From assembly GCA_028711115.1 (NCBI GenBank), contig JAQTSV010000001.1, positions 1,111,005 through 1,175,004 of the forward strand: a DNA stretch of 64,000 nt, in the 5' to 3' direction. The notes under the pieces are model-generated. The model did no database searches and was not told the DNA's origin. It saw only the letters and a list, made by a program, of their open reading frames with translations. The number at the start of each line of letters is the position of its first letter. The stretch's first letter is position 1. The stretch comes from Candidatus Omnitrophota bacterium (GTDB lineage Bacteria > Omnitrophota > Gorgyraeia > Velamenicoccales > JABMQK01). Below are positions 35,999 to 46,715 of this stretch, one piece after another. Position numbers and translations under genes: made by a program.

Positions 35999-36880
35999 TT
36001 AATTATCACCAAACAATAGAGAAAAAATACAAGAAATATTCTTTATGGAATAATAAAGTGCTTTCTTGATATCCCCTCTGCGGATAAAGTGTATAGTTAT
36101 AGAAAAATTGATCTTTGATATTCTCAAACTAATTAGGTAAAAATCCAATATTCTTTTTTCTTTGTATTCCTTAAAATTTTGTTTAACAACTTCTACCTCA
36201 TGATTCGCTTGCCTCTCTATATCTAAACTCATATTTTTGCCGTGAATGATATATTCACCTAATATTTCAGGAATAAAATAAAATTTATATTCTTTAGAAA
36301 GCCTAAGCCATAAATCATAATCTTCAACTGAAAAGAACTCAGGATTTTCTCTGAACATACCAACATCCACCAAAACATCTTTCTTAACAACTGTTGCAGA
36401 AGGTGAAAGACAATTACCTTTAAATAATAGCCTTCTAAACATTCCGGTTTCATAAGGTCCATAAAATAAATTTCTAATAATTCTTCCTGAAATATCCTTC
36501 ATGATTTCATTATGACAGATTAAATCTTTATCTGGATTTTTCATAATAATTTCATAACATTTTTTTAGTTTTTCAGAATACCAAATATCATCTGCGTCAA
36601 GAAAAGCAACATATTTTCCTTTTGCATGCTTAATCCCGGTATTTCTAGCAATCGCCAATCGACTATTGTTTTGATAATAATATTTGATTCTTACATCTTG
36701 AAAACTGTTAACAATTTCCCTTGTATTATCGGTAGAGCCATCGTCGATAATAATTACTTCGTAATTATCAAATTCTTGCCTTAATACTGATTCCAACGCT
36801 TTTTTAAGCAGCCACCCTTGATTATATGCTGGGATAATTATTGAAAATACTGGCTGAGCATTATTGTCATTGATTGTCAT
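35999..36880 (-). CDS. Glycosyltransferase family 2.
   Basis: FSIIIPAYNQ...VIIIDDGSTDNT and DAD motifs. Confidence 0.8.
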   Translation of the reverse strand: MTINDNNAQPVFSIIIPAYNQGWLLKKALESVLRQEFDNYEVIIIDDGSTDNTREIVNSFQDVRIKYYYQNNSRLAIARNTGIKHAKGKYVAFLDADDIWYSEKLKKCYEIIMKNPDKDLICHNEIMKDISGRIIRNLFYGPYETGMFRRLLFKGNCLSPSATVVKKDVLVDVGMFRENPEFFSVEDYDLWLRLSKEYKFYFIPEILGEYIIHGKNMSLDIERQANHEVEVVKQNFKEYKEKRILDFYLISLRISKINFSITIHFIRRGDIKKALYYSIKNISCIFSLLFGDN

Positions 36881-38511
36881 TTTATAATCACTTCTTTCAT
36901 CATTTTTATAAATCTTTCTTCTGCCTTGCCATCCACTTTATAAAAAGAAGCTTCTATAAGTTCTGGCCATCTTTCTTTAAAACTTCTTAATTTTTCTGGT
37001 TGGTAGAATATCATATTTAAAGCTGAATTTAGACCATCTGGATCATTTACTATAGGCGCTGCTTCTATTTCGAAAAAAGAACTCATATCAATTAGCACCC
37101 CTGTATCAATACAAATCGAAGGACAGTCTAAAGCAATTGCTTCGTCAGCGCTCATAGAGTACGAAGTCACAAGGACATCTGACCTAAGAATTAACTGATG
37201 AATATCCTCATCTGAAATAATAAAATTTTTAAAATCATATTTCTTTATCATTGATTCTACGGGACAATTATGATGGGCTTTGAATACGAACATGCAATCA
37301 TCACGCCTCTTGGCAGTTTCAAATACTATCTTAATTATTTCTCTAGTATCATTTTCAGTAAATGACGTGGCAACCAATACTATCTTCTTATTTATTGGCA
37401 GATTTATTTCTATCTTTTCTTTTTTCAATCCAATCAAACCATCAAAACGTGGAGAGCCTGTTAGAAAACAGCGATTTTCTGGGTAGCCGCTTCTTATCAG
37501 AATATCCCTGCCTAATTTTCCCTGAAAAATAAAATAATCGGGAATTGGCATCCCTTCAATATAGATACTATCTAAAGAAATTTCACTTGGGCTATAAACA
37601 TACATGAGTTTGTTTGAAGTGATGGTAGCATGCTGGTAAGCAACAGTTTTGACTGCTGGGCAGCCTTTTTTTGCCCCATAATAAAGAGCACGCGAATAAG
37701 GATACATCTCCAAAAAGCTAATAATTGCTTTTGCATCACACTGTTTTACTATTCTTTCAATGGCTTTTGAAAGTAATACCCCTTCAGGAATTCCGGAACC
37801 AATAAAAGATATTCTTAATTCGTCTCTGAATAAATCAAAGACATTTTTCCCTTTAAAATTAAAACTGTCTTTAAACCCTTTCTTTCTTTCAAGAAAAATA
37901 TATTTTATCAGATGGCTAAGACTAAATGCGCTAATAATATCTGCAAAACTTAAATACGATTCATAAAAGATAATTTTCTCATACCTCAATCTGCGAATCT
38001 CTTTCAGTAATTTCGTAACGGATTTATAATAAAATGAAACGTAGCTAGTTTTAATACCGAGATTATTTTCTACCTGTCCTGGCAGATTTAAATAATACCT
38101 ATCCACCAACCCATAATTATTGCTTCTTAAATTGTTGGGATATAAAGATACAAATAGTATATATTCCTTCTCGTTCCTATTTCTAATAAATATACTGAAA
38201 ATTAAAATCTTCAGGGACATGTATATTAAAAATTTTACTCTTGATAAGAAGTAATATGCTAAAGAATTCTTAAATCCATAGTAACTTTTCTTTGGCTTAT
38301 CCCCTTTTTCTAATCTGCAAAGATTTTCAAAGACCGGGCTACACTCGGGATCCTTTTTTTGCATTTCAGTCAACCACCACAAAGAAAAATCTCCATTTAT
38401 GGTAAATAACTCTTTAAAATTTTCCCCTTTATAACGGAATTGATTCGGCCAATTAGCAATGAATCTTAAATATGCTTCTTTCGTGCTATGAATTAGTTCT
38501 TTATCAAACAT
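36877..38511 (-). CDS. Hypothetical protein; possible surface-carbohydrate biosynthesis protein or glycosyltransferase.
   Basis: A 544-aa ORF embedded in the glycan operon with start/stop overlaps on both sides. No motif recognised. Confidence 0.35.
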   Translation of the reverse strand: MFDKELIHSTKEAYLRFIANWPNQFRYKGENFKELFTINGDFSLWWLTEMQKKDPECSPVFENLCRLEKGDKPKKSYYGFKNSLAYYFLSRVKFLIYMSLKILIFSIFIRNRNEKEYILFVSLYPNNLRSNNYGLVDRYYLNLPGQVENNLGIKTSYVSFYYKSVTKLLKEIRRLRYEKIIFYESYLSFADIISAFSLSHLIKYIFLERKKGFKDSFNFKGKNVFDLFRDELRISFIGSGIPEGVLLSKAIERIVKQCDAKAIISFLEMYPYSRALYYGAKKGCPAVKTVAYQHATITSNKLMYVYSPSEISLDSIYIEGMPIPDYFIFQGKLGRDILIRSGYPENRCFLTGSPRFDGLIGLKKEKIEINLPINKKIVLVATSFTENDTREIIKIVFETAKRRDDCMFVFKAHHNCPVESMIKKYDFKNFIISDEDIHQLILRSDVLVTSYSMSADEAIALDCPSICIDTGVLIDMSSFFEIEAAPIVNDPDGLNSALNMIFYQPEKLRSFKERWPELIEASFYKVDGKAEERFIKMMKEVIIK

Positions 38512-39436
38512 TGATTTTCGCAGTAATCTGCCTGCCTAAAAAACTATTAATAAATGGTATTTTGCCTAAAAACACATCTATGGGCCAGATGTTAAAATTA
38601 TGGATAATTTTTAAATCTGGATTAAATAATGTTTCGTTATAAGATATTTCTATATCTGTTTCTTGTATGCCCATATTTGCTTTTATTATTTCGACTAATT
38701 CCTTTTTACTGATTTTGTGATAAAAGTAAGGAGTCAATGTTGTTTTGGGATAAGTCTTATTGAATATTTTATGGAGCAATTCAACTAAACCAGTATAATT
38801 CACCCAGTAAATTTCCATCCTGTATTCTTTGAGGACTTCTTTTATTTTGGTAAATGCTGTTATTAAATCGTAAGGCGGCAGATGCTGTAATGACTGGACA
38901 CTCCAAACTCCCTCTATAACTTTATTTTTTAAGGGCAAACTGCTTGCATCTGCACAAATAAGATGGACATTCTTATCTATCTGTTTCTCTAAAAGTTTCT
39001 TTGCGATTTGCAAGCTATTAAACGAAAAATCAACCCCTATTATGTTTGGCTGTCTAATACCAATCCAGTGCCATCCCCAACCAATGCCTATATCACACAT
39101 TATTTCCCCAGAATTAAACTTTGAAGCAAAAATCCTTGCTCTTCTCTTCATAATCGAGATATGATGATGGTGTGAAATAATATTCAATAATTCCTGGGAG
39201 CTGGCGTTTAAATATGTTTTTGCTAATTCATCTCTCTCTTCTTTTTCTCTCTTTTGAGCCTGGTTTCCTCCTATTAAAATAGGGATGCCATCTTTGATTA
39301 AAAAATAAGCTCTACAATTAATACATTCCAATTTACCGAAATTGATTGAAATCCCATTATGCTCATAATTTTCTGAGAGCTTAATATCAGATCCACATTT
39401 TGGACAACAAATCAAAGCTAGCAAATCCACGCGCAT
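38504..39436 (-). CDS. Class I SAM-dependent methyltransferase with an N-terminal Trm112-like zinc-ribbon.
   Basis: CPKCGSD...CINCRAYF zinc-ribbon, then the methyltransferase motif DIGIGWGW. Confidence 0.6.
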   Translation of the reverse strand: MRVDLLALICCPKCGSDIKLSENYEHNGISINFGKLECINCRAYFLIKDGIPILIGGNQAQKREKEERDELAKTYLNASSQELLNIISHHHHISIMKRRARIFASKFNSGEIMCDIGIGWGWHWIGIRQPNIIGVDFSFNSLQIAKKLLEKQIDKNVHLICADASSLPLKNKVIEGVWSVQSLQHLPPYDLITAFTKIKEVLKEYRMEIYWVNYTGLVELLHKIFNKTYPKTTLTPYFYHKISKKELVEIIKANMGIQETDIEISYNETLFNPDLKIIHNFNIWPIDVFLGKIPFINSFLGRQITAKINV

Positions 39437-39472
39437 ATTAACTAAACTCCATAATTATTGTACAAATTTATG

Positions 39473-41053
39473 CTATCTATTCAGTTTATGTCTCATTTTA
39501 AAACCATATGTCAAAATCTTAGACACTTTTGTTTTCTCGATACCAAATACTGGAGGGAAAAAAAGGATAAAACATCCAACCATTAATGAATACAAGAAAC
39601 CTGTTGTTAAAAAACCTACGATAATATTTGTATGTAACCCTAGTAAACTATTCACGATATAATTGGCAAATATAGATAGAGTTAAAAGACAACCAACGCA
39701 AAGTATCTGATGTACACAATATTTCCAAAAAGACAATTTAAGGAATTTCGAAATAAAATAAAACATAACATTTACACTGATAAACTGTAAAAATACAGCT
39801 TTAATCGCAAGTCCATTTGCGCCTAAGCTCATCCCAAATAAATTCTTTGGTGCGATTAGAAGATACGTAACGGGCAACCCAAATAGCATAAACACTACTC
39901 CTATATTTCTATAAAGCCTGGTCTGGTCTGTAGCATAAAACACAGAGCCGCTTAATTGACCATAGGTTTGGTGCAATGGGTAAAAAGCCATAATTATAAC
40001 AGCCAAAGTAGCCCCACTGAACTTTCCTCCTCCCATAATAAGAACAACCCTGTCTGCATTTACAGCTATAAAACAAGCGATAAAAGCGGTTATTGAATAT
40101 AATAAAGGCATATGGGTTCTGAAGATATTTGAAATTAGATTTAAATCTTTATTGTTATGGGCAATGGAGAATTCTCGCAAAATTAAAGGGGTCATTGCAC
40201 TTGTAAACAAAATACAAATAGTGCTTATTTGATAAGACAAGCCAAAGAATCCCTGTTGTATACTCCCTCCGAAAAACTGCAATAACCATATATCAAAAAT
40301 ATTTACAAACATTCCAACTAAACCATATAAAAAAAGCGGATGGGAATATTTATAGAATTCCTTCGTGTATTCTTTAATTTCTTTAAATTTCAGTATGCAA
40401 GTTTGCGAAATAGGGAGAATAGAATGTTTCATTATTTTTAAGAATAAAAGTATTAATAAAAATAACATGAAATAATTGTAAAAGAAAAAATTTATAAGGT
40501 TTAACTTTTGATAAACAAATAGTATGGCAATTATTATTAAACCCAATATTTTCTGTGACATCTTGCTTATTTCTGCAACGACTGTCACGCCATAAGCATC
40601 TGTCATTTGGCTTAATATATTTACTAACCAAGTAAATATCCCCAGGCAAAGAGCTAAATAAATAACAGACAATTTTTGGACAGGCCAGAGTTTAGTATAT
40701 AGACCAGTTGAATGCGAAACTATAACAAAAGCTGCAACCAATAACATGACAACTCCCATAAAATAGAAATAAAACAATACTAATTTTGACTCTTTAGGTC
40801 TCTGGGAAAGTTTTGTATAAAACCCTATTGATGTCCCCATATTAAAAAAACCTATGACTTCATTAAAAAAATTTGACAAAAAATTAAAATCACCATAATT
40901 TTGAGGACCGAGACCACGCGTTATTATTGACTGCATAACCAAATTTATAGGAAAACCTAAAATATTAGAAAAAAACTTATAAAAATATCTTTTTCTCAAA
41001 GAGTCTCCCTTGCTATTATTTCCTGTCGGCATCAAAGGATTTATTTGATTCAT
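39473..41053 (-). CDS. Oligosaccharide/polysaccharide flippase (Wzx-like, MOP superfamily).
   Basis: 526 aa, ~12-14 TM helices, typical Wzx-like N-terminal region. Confidence 0.6.
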   Translation of the reverse strand: MNQINPLMPTGNNSKGDSLRKRYFYKFFSNILGFPINLVMQSIITRGLGPQNYGDFNFLSNFFNEVIGFFNMGTSIGFYTKLSQRPKESKLVLFYFYFMGVVMLLVAAFVIVSHSTGLYTKLWPVQKLSVIYLALCLGIFTWLVNILSQMTDAYGVTVVAEISKMSQKILGLIIIAILFVYQKLNLINFFFYNYFMLFLLILLFLKIMKHSILPISQTCILKFKEIKEYTKEFYKYSHPLFLYGLVGMFVNIFDIWLLQFFGGSIQQGFFGLSYQISTICILFTSAMTPLILREFSIAHNNKDLNLISNIFRTHMPLLYSITAFIACFIAVNADRVVLIMGGGKFSGATLAVIIMAFYPLHQTYGQLSGSVFYATDQTRLYRNIGVVFMLFGLPVTYLLIAPKNLFGMSLGANGLAIKAVFLQFISVNVMFYFISKFLKLSFWKYCVHQILCVGCLLTLSIFANYIVNSLLGLHTNIIVGFLTTGFLYSLMVGCFILFFPPVFGIEKTKVSKILTYGFKMRHKLNR

Positions 41054-42813
41054 AGTAACTGCCTAAATTCTTTTGCCCATATATTTAACCAGTCCTTGCT
41101 CGCAAAAGCATAACGTTCACAAAAGTTATTCCGAGCATTTTGAATATCCGAATTCAACCACCATTTCATAGGATTATCATAAATTTCATTTACTTTTCTT
41201 GCGGCATCCTCGGGGCTCCTATAAAGCATATGGGCTTTTCTTAATAATTCAAAATATTCTTCTGCCTCTCTCCTCATTAAATATGTTTCGTGATCCCAGT
41301 ATAAAACACAAGGGACATTTATGGCTAGAGCCTCAAGAAAGGAAGTTTGTGGATTATCTATAACTACTAGATTCACCTTCTGCATATAATCAATTAGTTT
41401 ACCCTTTAACAAAAATTTTATGTTCGGGCATATCTCTTTTATATACTCTTTTTCATTCCAACCCAAACTAGAAATATAAGGACGATACAATACATTCTGC
41501 TTCACTTCTTTTCTTAAAGTCCGGAAGAATATCTTTTTATATTCGAAATAATTTTGCATATCATCTGGCTGCAGAGAAGTATTTAATCTGTAACCATAAG
41601 GAGATACAAAAGTACCTGCAAATAAAATTTTATTAATTTTAAATGAATGCGTATCTTTTAAATTAGAGAGATATATGCTTGGTAGCGGTTTAGCGTTATT
41701 GTCTTCTTTTAAACTCCACCCCCAAGTGTAGAAAATATTTTTATCTAAAGCTAGCTGTTCGTTAGGCTCAGATAAAGAGAATCCATATCCGCCACCATGC
41801 TGAAACTCAATAAGACGAGAACCTTTTATGGCTGCTTCTGCTGCATAAAACTTGAATCTTTCATTAAAGTACCATCCAACTGCAGAACCTATAATCTTTC
41901 CAATTCCTATATTCTTGACACTATCTCGATATAAATTGTAATTTTCCACATACGATAAGGGAATGACTCTGGGGATTAATTTATAAAGCAAAAACAAGAA
42001 TTTATCAGAATTATTACTCGGTTCTAATTTTAACTTTTCCCTAAAAGCAGAAGAATAGTTCTTGTTTAAGATAGTCATTTTTAGTGGATAGAAATTTCTG
42101 AAACTAACTACCTTAAGCCCTAATTCCCATTTAAGTAAAAGAATATGCATACACTTTAAATGGTACATATCTGTTAAAAAGATATCGCTTTTGAAAAACA
42201 AATCTAAAATTTTTATTAGATTATAAAAACTCTTAACTTTCCAATCGTATTTTACGTTATCAGTACATATTTTATATTCAAAGTTAATCCTATCTTTTAT
42301 AATAATTCTTTGTGGACACAAATAATGAACAATAAGACTGAATAATTTCAAGTTATAATAATCTTCTTTTAACTTATTGTGAGAATCCCTTGTATCAAAA
42401 GATGGTATTTCGCATTGTTCTTCTGGCAGGGCATGCGTATAAAAATCTGAGAACATTTCAATAGAATTCTCTATCCTTTTATATCTATCGTAAAGAATAC
42501 CGATGAAATGCAGAAGCCAATCGCCTACGAGCACACGCCAATACTCTGCTGGATAGGAAACCTGATGGGCTAAATTTAGCCTTTCAGACAACTCGGGGAG
42601 CAATTTCTCATAAATGCTATAGCAATAATCAGCGCCTTCCTTTATTTTATAAGCTGGTTTCCACGGGGAAGGCACTAAAAGATACTCTCTATTTTTAACT
42701 AGAGCTCTATTTTTCTGTTCAGTTAAACACCACGGGCCCAAAAGCAAAAGCTTTTTATCTAAATCCCAAATCTCTGAAATTCCACTAGTAGCTAAATAAG
42801 TTTTTGACACCAA
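41050..42813 (-). CDS. Hypothetical protein, possibly a LIC12162-type transferase as seen in O-antigen/nonulosonate loci.
   Basis: 587 aa, no canonical motif recognised. Position and size resemble that family. Unverified. Confidence 0.3.
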   Translation of the reverse strand: MVSKTYLATSGISEIWDLDKKLLLLGPWCLTEQKNRALVKNREYLLVPSPWKPAYKIKEGADYCYSIYEKLLPELSERLNLAHQVSYPAEYWRVLVGDWLLHFIGILYDRYKRIENSIEMFSDFYTHALPEEQCEIPSFDTRDSHNKLKEDYYNLKLFSLIVHYLCPQRIIIKDRINFEYKICTDNVKYDWKVKSFYNLIKILDLFFKSDIFLTDMYHLKCMHILLLKWELGLKVVSFRNFYPLKMTILNKNYSSAFREKLKLEPSNNSDKFLFLLYKLIPRVIPLSYVENYNLYRDSVKNIGIGKIIGSAVGWYFNERFKFYAAEAAIKGSRLIEFQHGGGYGFSLSEPNEQLALDKNIFYTWGWSLKEDNNAKPLPSIYLSNLKDTHSFKINKILFAGTFVSPYGYRLNTSLQPDDMQNYFEYKKIFFRTLRKEVKQNVLYRPYISSLGWNEKEYIKEICPNIKFLLKGKLIDYMQKVNLVVIDNPQTSFLEALAINVPCVLYWDHETYLMRREAEEYFELLRKAHMLYRSPEDAARKVNEIYDNPMKWWLNSDIQNARNNFCERYAFASKDWLNIWAKEFRQLL

Positions 42814-42849
42814 GCGATAATTCTCCTCTTCCTTGATAGAATATAGTTC

Positions 42850-43854
42850 TTAATTGATTATGGCTAAAATCCTTTTTAAACCAGAACCATCAACTAAATT
42901 TCGGCTGGATTTAAAGATAGGCTCCCGTTTACTATAGTTGTTTTTATAATAATCTAAAGCCTTAATTATCTTAGCTGGGCTAATGACATCATCCCAATGC
43001 CCCACATAAAAACTTCCTGTAAGTTTTGCATATTCAGCTGAAACCACAATTTCATGATCAATAGATGGTACAATAATGACAGGCTTTCCTAAATATGCAC
43101 ACTCATACAATGTGCGTCCAGCAGCAGTGATAACAACATCCTGAAGACTTAATAGTTTTAAAAAATTAAGGGGGTTTTTATGGACTTTTATATTTCTCCT
43201 AGATTTAACTATATCATAAACTTCTTTATGCCCAGTAAAAGACGGCCCTAATATGATATGGGCCGTAAAATCCATGCTATCTTTTAATACCGAGCGCATA
43301 ATTTTTAGTGTTAATCCTGCCGGGTCTGAACCTCCCATTGTTATCATCACATCCTTAACTTTATGGCGTATTGGAATAATTTTGATGGGTTTAGCTATTA
43401 TAAAATACTTAGTTCCTAAATATAGCCTAGTTTTATTAATCAAATGAGGGTATTTAGTAAAATCTCCTACAAAAGAATCATTAATTAATATATCTGGGCA
43501 ACCGGCACATTTGCCTAATATATCAAAAACTATTGTCTGGATTTGTCTTGCATGGGCATATTCCAACAAATCAGTGTAGGGATTAGAATAAAGATCAAAG
43601 ATTATCTTCTCCGGAGAATATTTCGCGCATAAATTAATCAAAGAAGCATCGCTATCATCATTAATATCAATAAGCTCTACATTAATACCGCGATTTTTAA
43701 CAAAATCTACTCCATCTGGGTAATTTTTCATAACAAAAATAATTTTGTATTTACTAGACAAAACATTTGCTAATATTAATGAACGTCTAATATGCCCCGT
43801 TGAAATTCCCCAGACCTTGCCTCCGTCAACTCGGAAAAGAATAACCTTTTTCAT
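42850..43854 (-). CDS. PseG-like UDP-sugar hydrolase / GT28 C-terminal family protein (nonulosonic acid pathway).
   Basis: N-terminus FRVDGGKVWGISTGHIRRSLILANVL matches the PseG FRADSSxxIGxGHxxR pattern. Confidence 0.6.
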   Translation of the reverse strand: MKKVILFRVDGGKVWGISTGHIRRSLILANVLSSKYKIIFVMKNYPDGVDFVKNRGINVELIDINDDSDASLINLCAKYSPEKIIFDLYSNPYTDLLEYAHARQIQTIVFDILGKCAGCPDILINDSFVGDFTKYPHLINKTRLYLGTKYFIIAKPIKIIPIRHKVKDVMITMGGSDPAGLTLKIMRSVLKDSMDFTAHIILGPSFTGHKEVYDIVKSRRNIKVHKNPLNFLKLLSLQDVVITAAGRTLYECAYLGKPVIIVPSIDHEIVVSAEYAKLTGSFYVGHWDDVISPAKIIKALDYYKNNYSKREPIFKSSRNLVDGSGLKRILAIIN

Positions 43855-43882
43855 ATTCAGCTAAATTTTAATTCTGCCAATC

Positions 43883-45466
43883 TTAAACAGAATAATTCCT
43901 TGCGTCTTTTTTACAGATATTACTAAGAATCTTTATGTAATAACCAACCTTTGCATAATCATTCCAAAATCCATCATTTACAAAAACACATTCATCATAA
44001 ATTTTATATAAAGCGGAGGTCAATCTTTTACCCAATTTATCCTTCCTCTCTGAACGTTCAATGTACTTATAGAAAACTTTCGGCATTTTTATATATAATA
44101 CAAACCTCTCTATCAAAGCAATAAGTTCTTTTTTAGAAATATCGGGCAAGTCTAAATTTGGAATACCATCTTTAAACACCACTCCACGGTTCTTGTTTAA
44201 AAAACCATTTTTTATTGCTATCTCTCTGAGCTCTGTTTCTTCGAGAGGAGAAAAGAATCCTACGTTAGGATAACGAACCTGGGCCTTTCTGTTTAATTCA
44301 ATAGTTTCCATAACAGTTTTTCTGCTTTCAAAAGGTATACCCAACATATTGAAAGATGAAGTACGAATCCCTGCATCATTTAACATCTTAGTCGATTCGA
44401 TTATTTCTTTTTTACTATCTAGACGCTTAAGAATTTTCTTTCTCATTATCGTATTTCCCGTTTCGATTCCTAACGTTACGCTAACACAGTTCATTTTCTT
44501 TAATAACCTTATTTTCTCCAAATTTATATTATGTGCATTAGCCATTATGGAGAAAGGAATATTAATCTCTTCGCTGTACTTCCTGGTCAAATCATCTAAA
44601 TATTTTATGGATTTAAGACAAAAATCTTCGTCGTGGAATCTGAAGAAGTTTATTTGCCATTTATTTACTAAATATTTCAACTCTTTAATAACTCTATCCA
44701 CGCTATAACATCTCAAAAACGGACCGGCATTCTTACCATAAATTTTACGATACGAAGCGTTGATACAATAAGTACAATAATAAGGACAACCCCAATATAT
44801 CATATAATCTCCAAACCTATACATTCTTCCATCGTAAGGATTAATAAATTGACGTTTATCAAAAATTGTCCAATCAAGAAAAGGTAAAGAATCCAATTTT
44901 TGGTAATAAGGCCTTACCGGCATTCTGACTATTCTTCCATTGTCTCTAAATGAAATATTCTCAATTCTCCTGGGATCATCTCCTTTGGCTATACATTCAA
45001 CAAAATCCGGCAAAAACTCTATTCCTTCACCGATACATAAGAAATCAATATATTTGCAAGCAAAGACTTTTTCTGGTGCCATCGTTGCGGCTTTATTCCC
45101 CCAAACAACTATAGTCTGGGCATTCCATTTTTTTACAATTTTTGATATCTCAAATCCAATGGAAATCTCATCTGATAATGCACTAACAGCACAAATATCT
45201 GGTTTAAATTCATTCAATTTCTTAATTAAGGTTTCTTCTAGATTGATTTTTTTCTTTTTCACATCGAAAGCACTAAAGTCAGCTTCTTTAAAAATTCTGA
45301 TTTTAGTTCGAAAACTTGAATTATCTTCAAAACCAAAATCAAAAAAGGTAGTATCAAATAAGTCAACATCGTATCCCTTGCTCTTTAAGATTGCGGATAA
45401 AAGAGCTATACTTATTGGCTTACGTCCAAATTGATCTTTGTTGGGCCAAACAAACAAAATTTTCAT
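43883..45466 (-). CDS. B12-binding-domain radical SAM protein (class B radical SAM).
   Basis: N-terminal Rossmann-like B12-binding region (KILFVWPN...) followed by CPYYCTYC. Confidence 0.8.
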   Translation of the reverse strand: MKILFVWPNKDQFGRKPISIALLSAILKSKGYDVDLFDTTFFDFGFEDNSSFRTKIRIFKEADFSAFDVKKKKINLEETLIKKLNEFKPDICAVSALSDEISIGFEISKIVKKWNAQTIVVWGNKAATMAPEKVFACKYIDFLCIGEGIEFLPDFVECIAKGDDPRRIENISFRDNGRIVRMPVRPYYQKLDSLPFLDWTIFDKRQFINPYDGRMYRFGDYMIYWGCPYYCTYCINASYRKIYGKNAGPFLRCYSVDRVIKELKYLVNKWQINFFRFHDEDFCLKSIKYLDDLTRKYSEEINIPFSIMANAHNINLEKIRLLKKMNCVSVTLGIETGNTIMRKKILKRLDSKKEIIESTKMLNDAGIRTSSFNMLGIPFESRKTVMETIELNRKAQVRYPNVGFFSPLEETELREIAIKNGFLNKNRGVVFKDGIPNLDLPDISKKELIALIERFVLYIKMPKVFYKYIERSERKDKLGKRLTSALYKIYDECVFVNDGFWNDYAKVGYYIKILSNICKKDARNYSV

Positions 45467-45621
45467 TTCCGAGAAACCTCCCTTATTTATAAATTAAAAA
45501 CAATATTGTATCTTGCGGTTCTTCAGCGGTGTATATCTGCTTCCTTGCTTTATTCTATTTCAATTATACAGGTTTTTATAGATGTCTCTGCCAAGAGATG
45601 GGTTTGCAGTAAAATAGTGGA

Positions 45622-46644
45622 TTAATATAAATCGTCCATAGTAACTAAATTCATTTTAGCGATATCACACTTTAACTTTCTTCCGACCATATCCGACAAA
45701 TTTGTTACTTTACTTTTCTCCGATGAAGGCGCGAAAAAAACAACATCCTCATTTTTTAAAACAACCCCCGCTTTAAGATCGTGTGCCGCATATATTCCTC
45801 TACGTTTATAGCGGCGCGGCTCTGTTTCTTCAAATCTAGGTGCTTTTTTCCCATCGCCTATGGCTTTTTCTAAGTCTCGTATATTCTTAATCAACATTCT
45901 TAAGTCTGCAGGCTCTATTGAACATCTTTGATCTGGACCTGGAAGAGATTTGTCGATGGTAAAATGTTTTTCGATAACATTTGCACCCAAAGCTGCAGCA
46001 ACTAAAGGAATATGTATGCCTTCGCTATGATCTGAATATCCTACAGGGCAATTTAATGCTCTTTTCATGGTTTGAATGGCTAAAAGATTACACGCTTGCG
46101 GAGGAGTTGGATAGCAAGAAGTACAATGTAAAACTATATAATCGTTATTTCCCATTTCCTCAACCCATCTTACAGCGCGAATCACCTCTTCCATGGTACT
46201 CATCCCCGAAGAAAGAATAATTGGTTTTTTTAGAGAAGCTGCCTTTTGTATTAACTCTTTATAATTAAAATCCATGGATGCAATTTTTATAAGATGGGGG
46301 TTCTGTTTCTTTATAAATTCCAAGCTGCGGAATTCTTCAGGCGTCGAAAAAAGATTAATATTTTTTTGTTTGGCAAAATCCCAAATTTCCTGCTCTTTCT
46401 CATGGGGGATTTCTGAATGAAGATTAGATTGAAAATCAGGGTGAGATGGATGCAAGAATTCCTTCGTGATAAAAGTCTGTATTTTAACTGCATCAACGCC
46501 GACTTCCCAGGCAGCGGCAATCATTTCTTTTGCAAGCGAAACTTCGCCATTATGGTTTATTCCTATTTCCGCTATCATATAAATGGGATGCTCATCACCT
46601 ATTATTTTATTATTTACATGAATAAGTTTCACTATCACCTCCAA
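45622..46644 (-). CDS. Nonulosonic acid synthase, NeuB/PseI/LegI family.
   Basis: IAEIGINHNG...VDAVKIQTF N-terminal TIM-barrel motifs and a C-terminal SAF domain. Confidence 0.85.
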   Translation of the reverse strand: MEVIVKLIHVNNKIIGDEHPIYMIAEIGINHNGEVSLAKEMIAAAWEVGVDAVKIQTFITKEFLHPSHPDFQSNLHSEIPHEKEQEIWDFAKQKNINLFSTPEEFRSLEFIKKQNPHLIKIASMDFNYKELIQKAASLKKPIILSSGMSTMEEVIRAVRWVEEMGNNDYIVLHCTSCYPTPPQACNLLAIQTMKRALNCPVGYSDHSEGIHIPLVAAALGANVIEKHFTIDKSLPGPDQRCSIEPADLRMLIKNIRDLEKAIGDGKKAPRFEETEPRRYKRRGIYAAHDLKAGVVLKNEDVVFFAPSSEKSKVTNLSDMVGRKLKCDIAKMNLVTMDDLY

Positions 46645-46715
46645 AAAGTTTAAAAATATATTATTTTTACAATACCGGTATAAATTAAGTAGACTTTTAG
46701 GAATAAAAGTTCTTG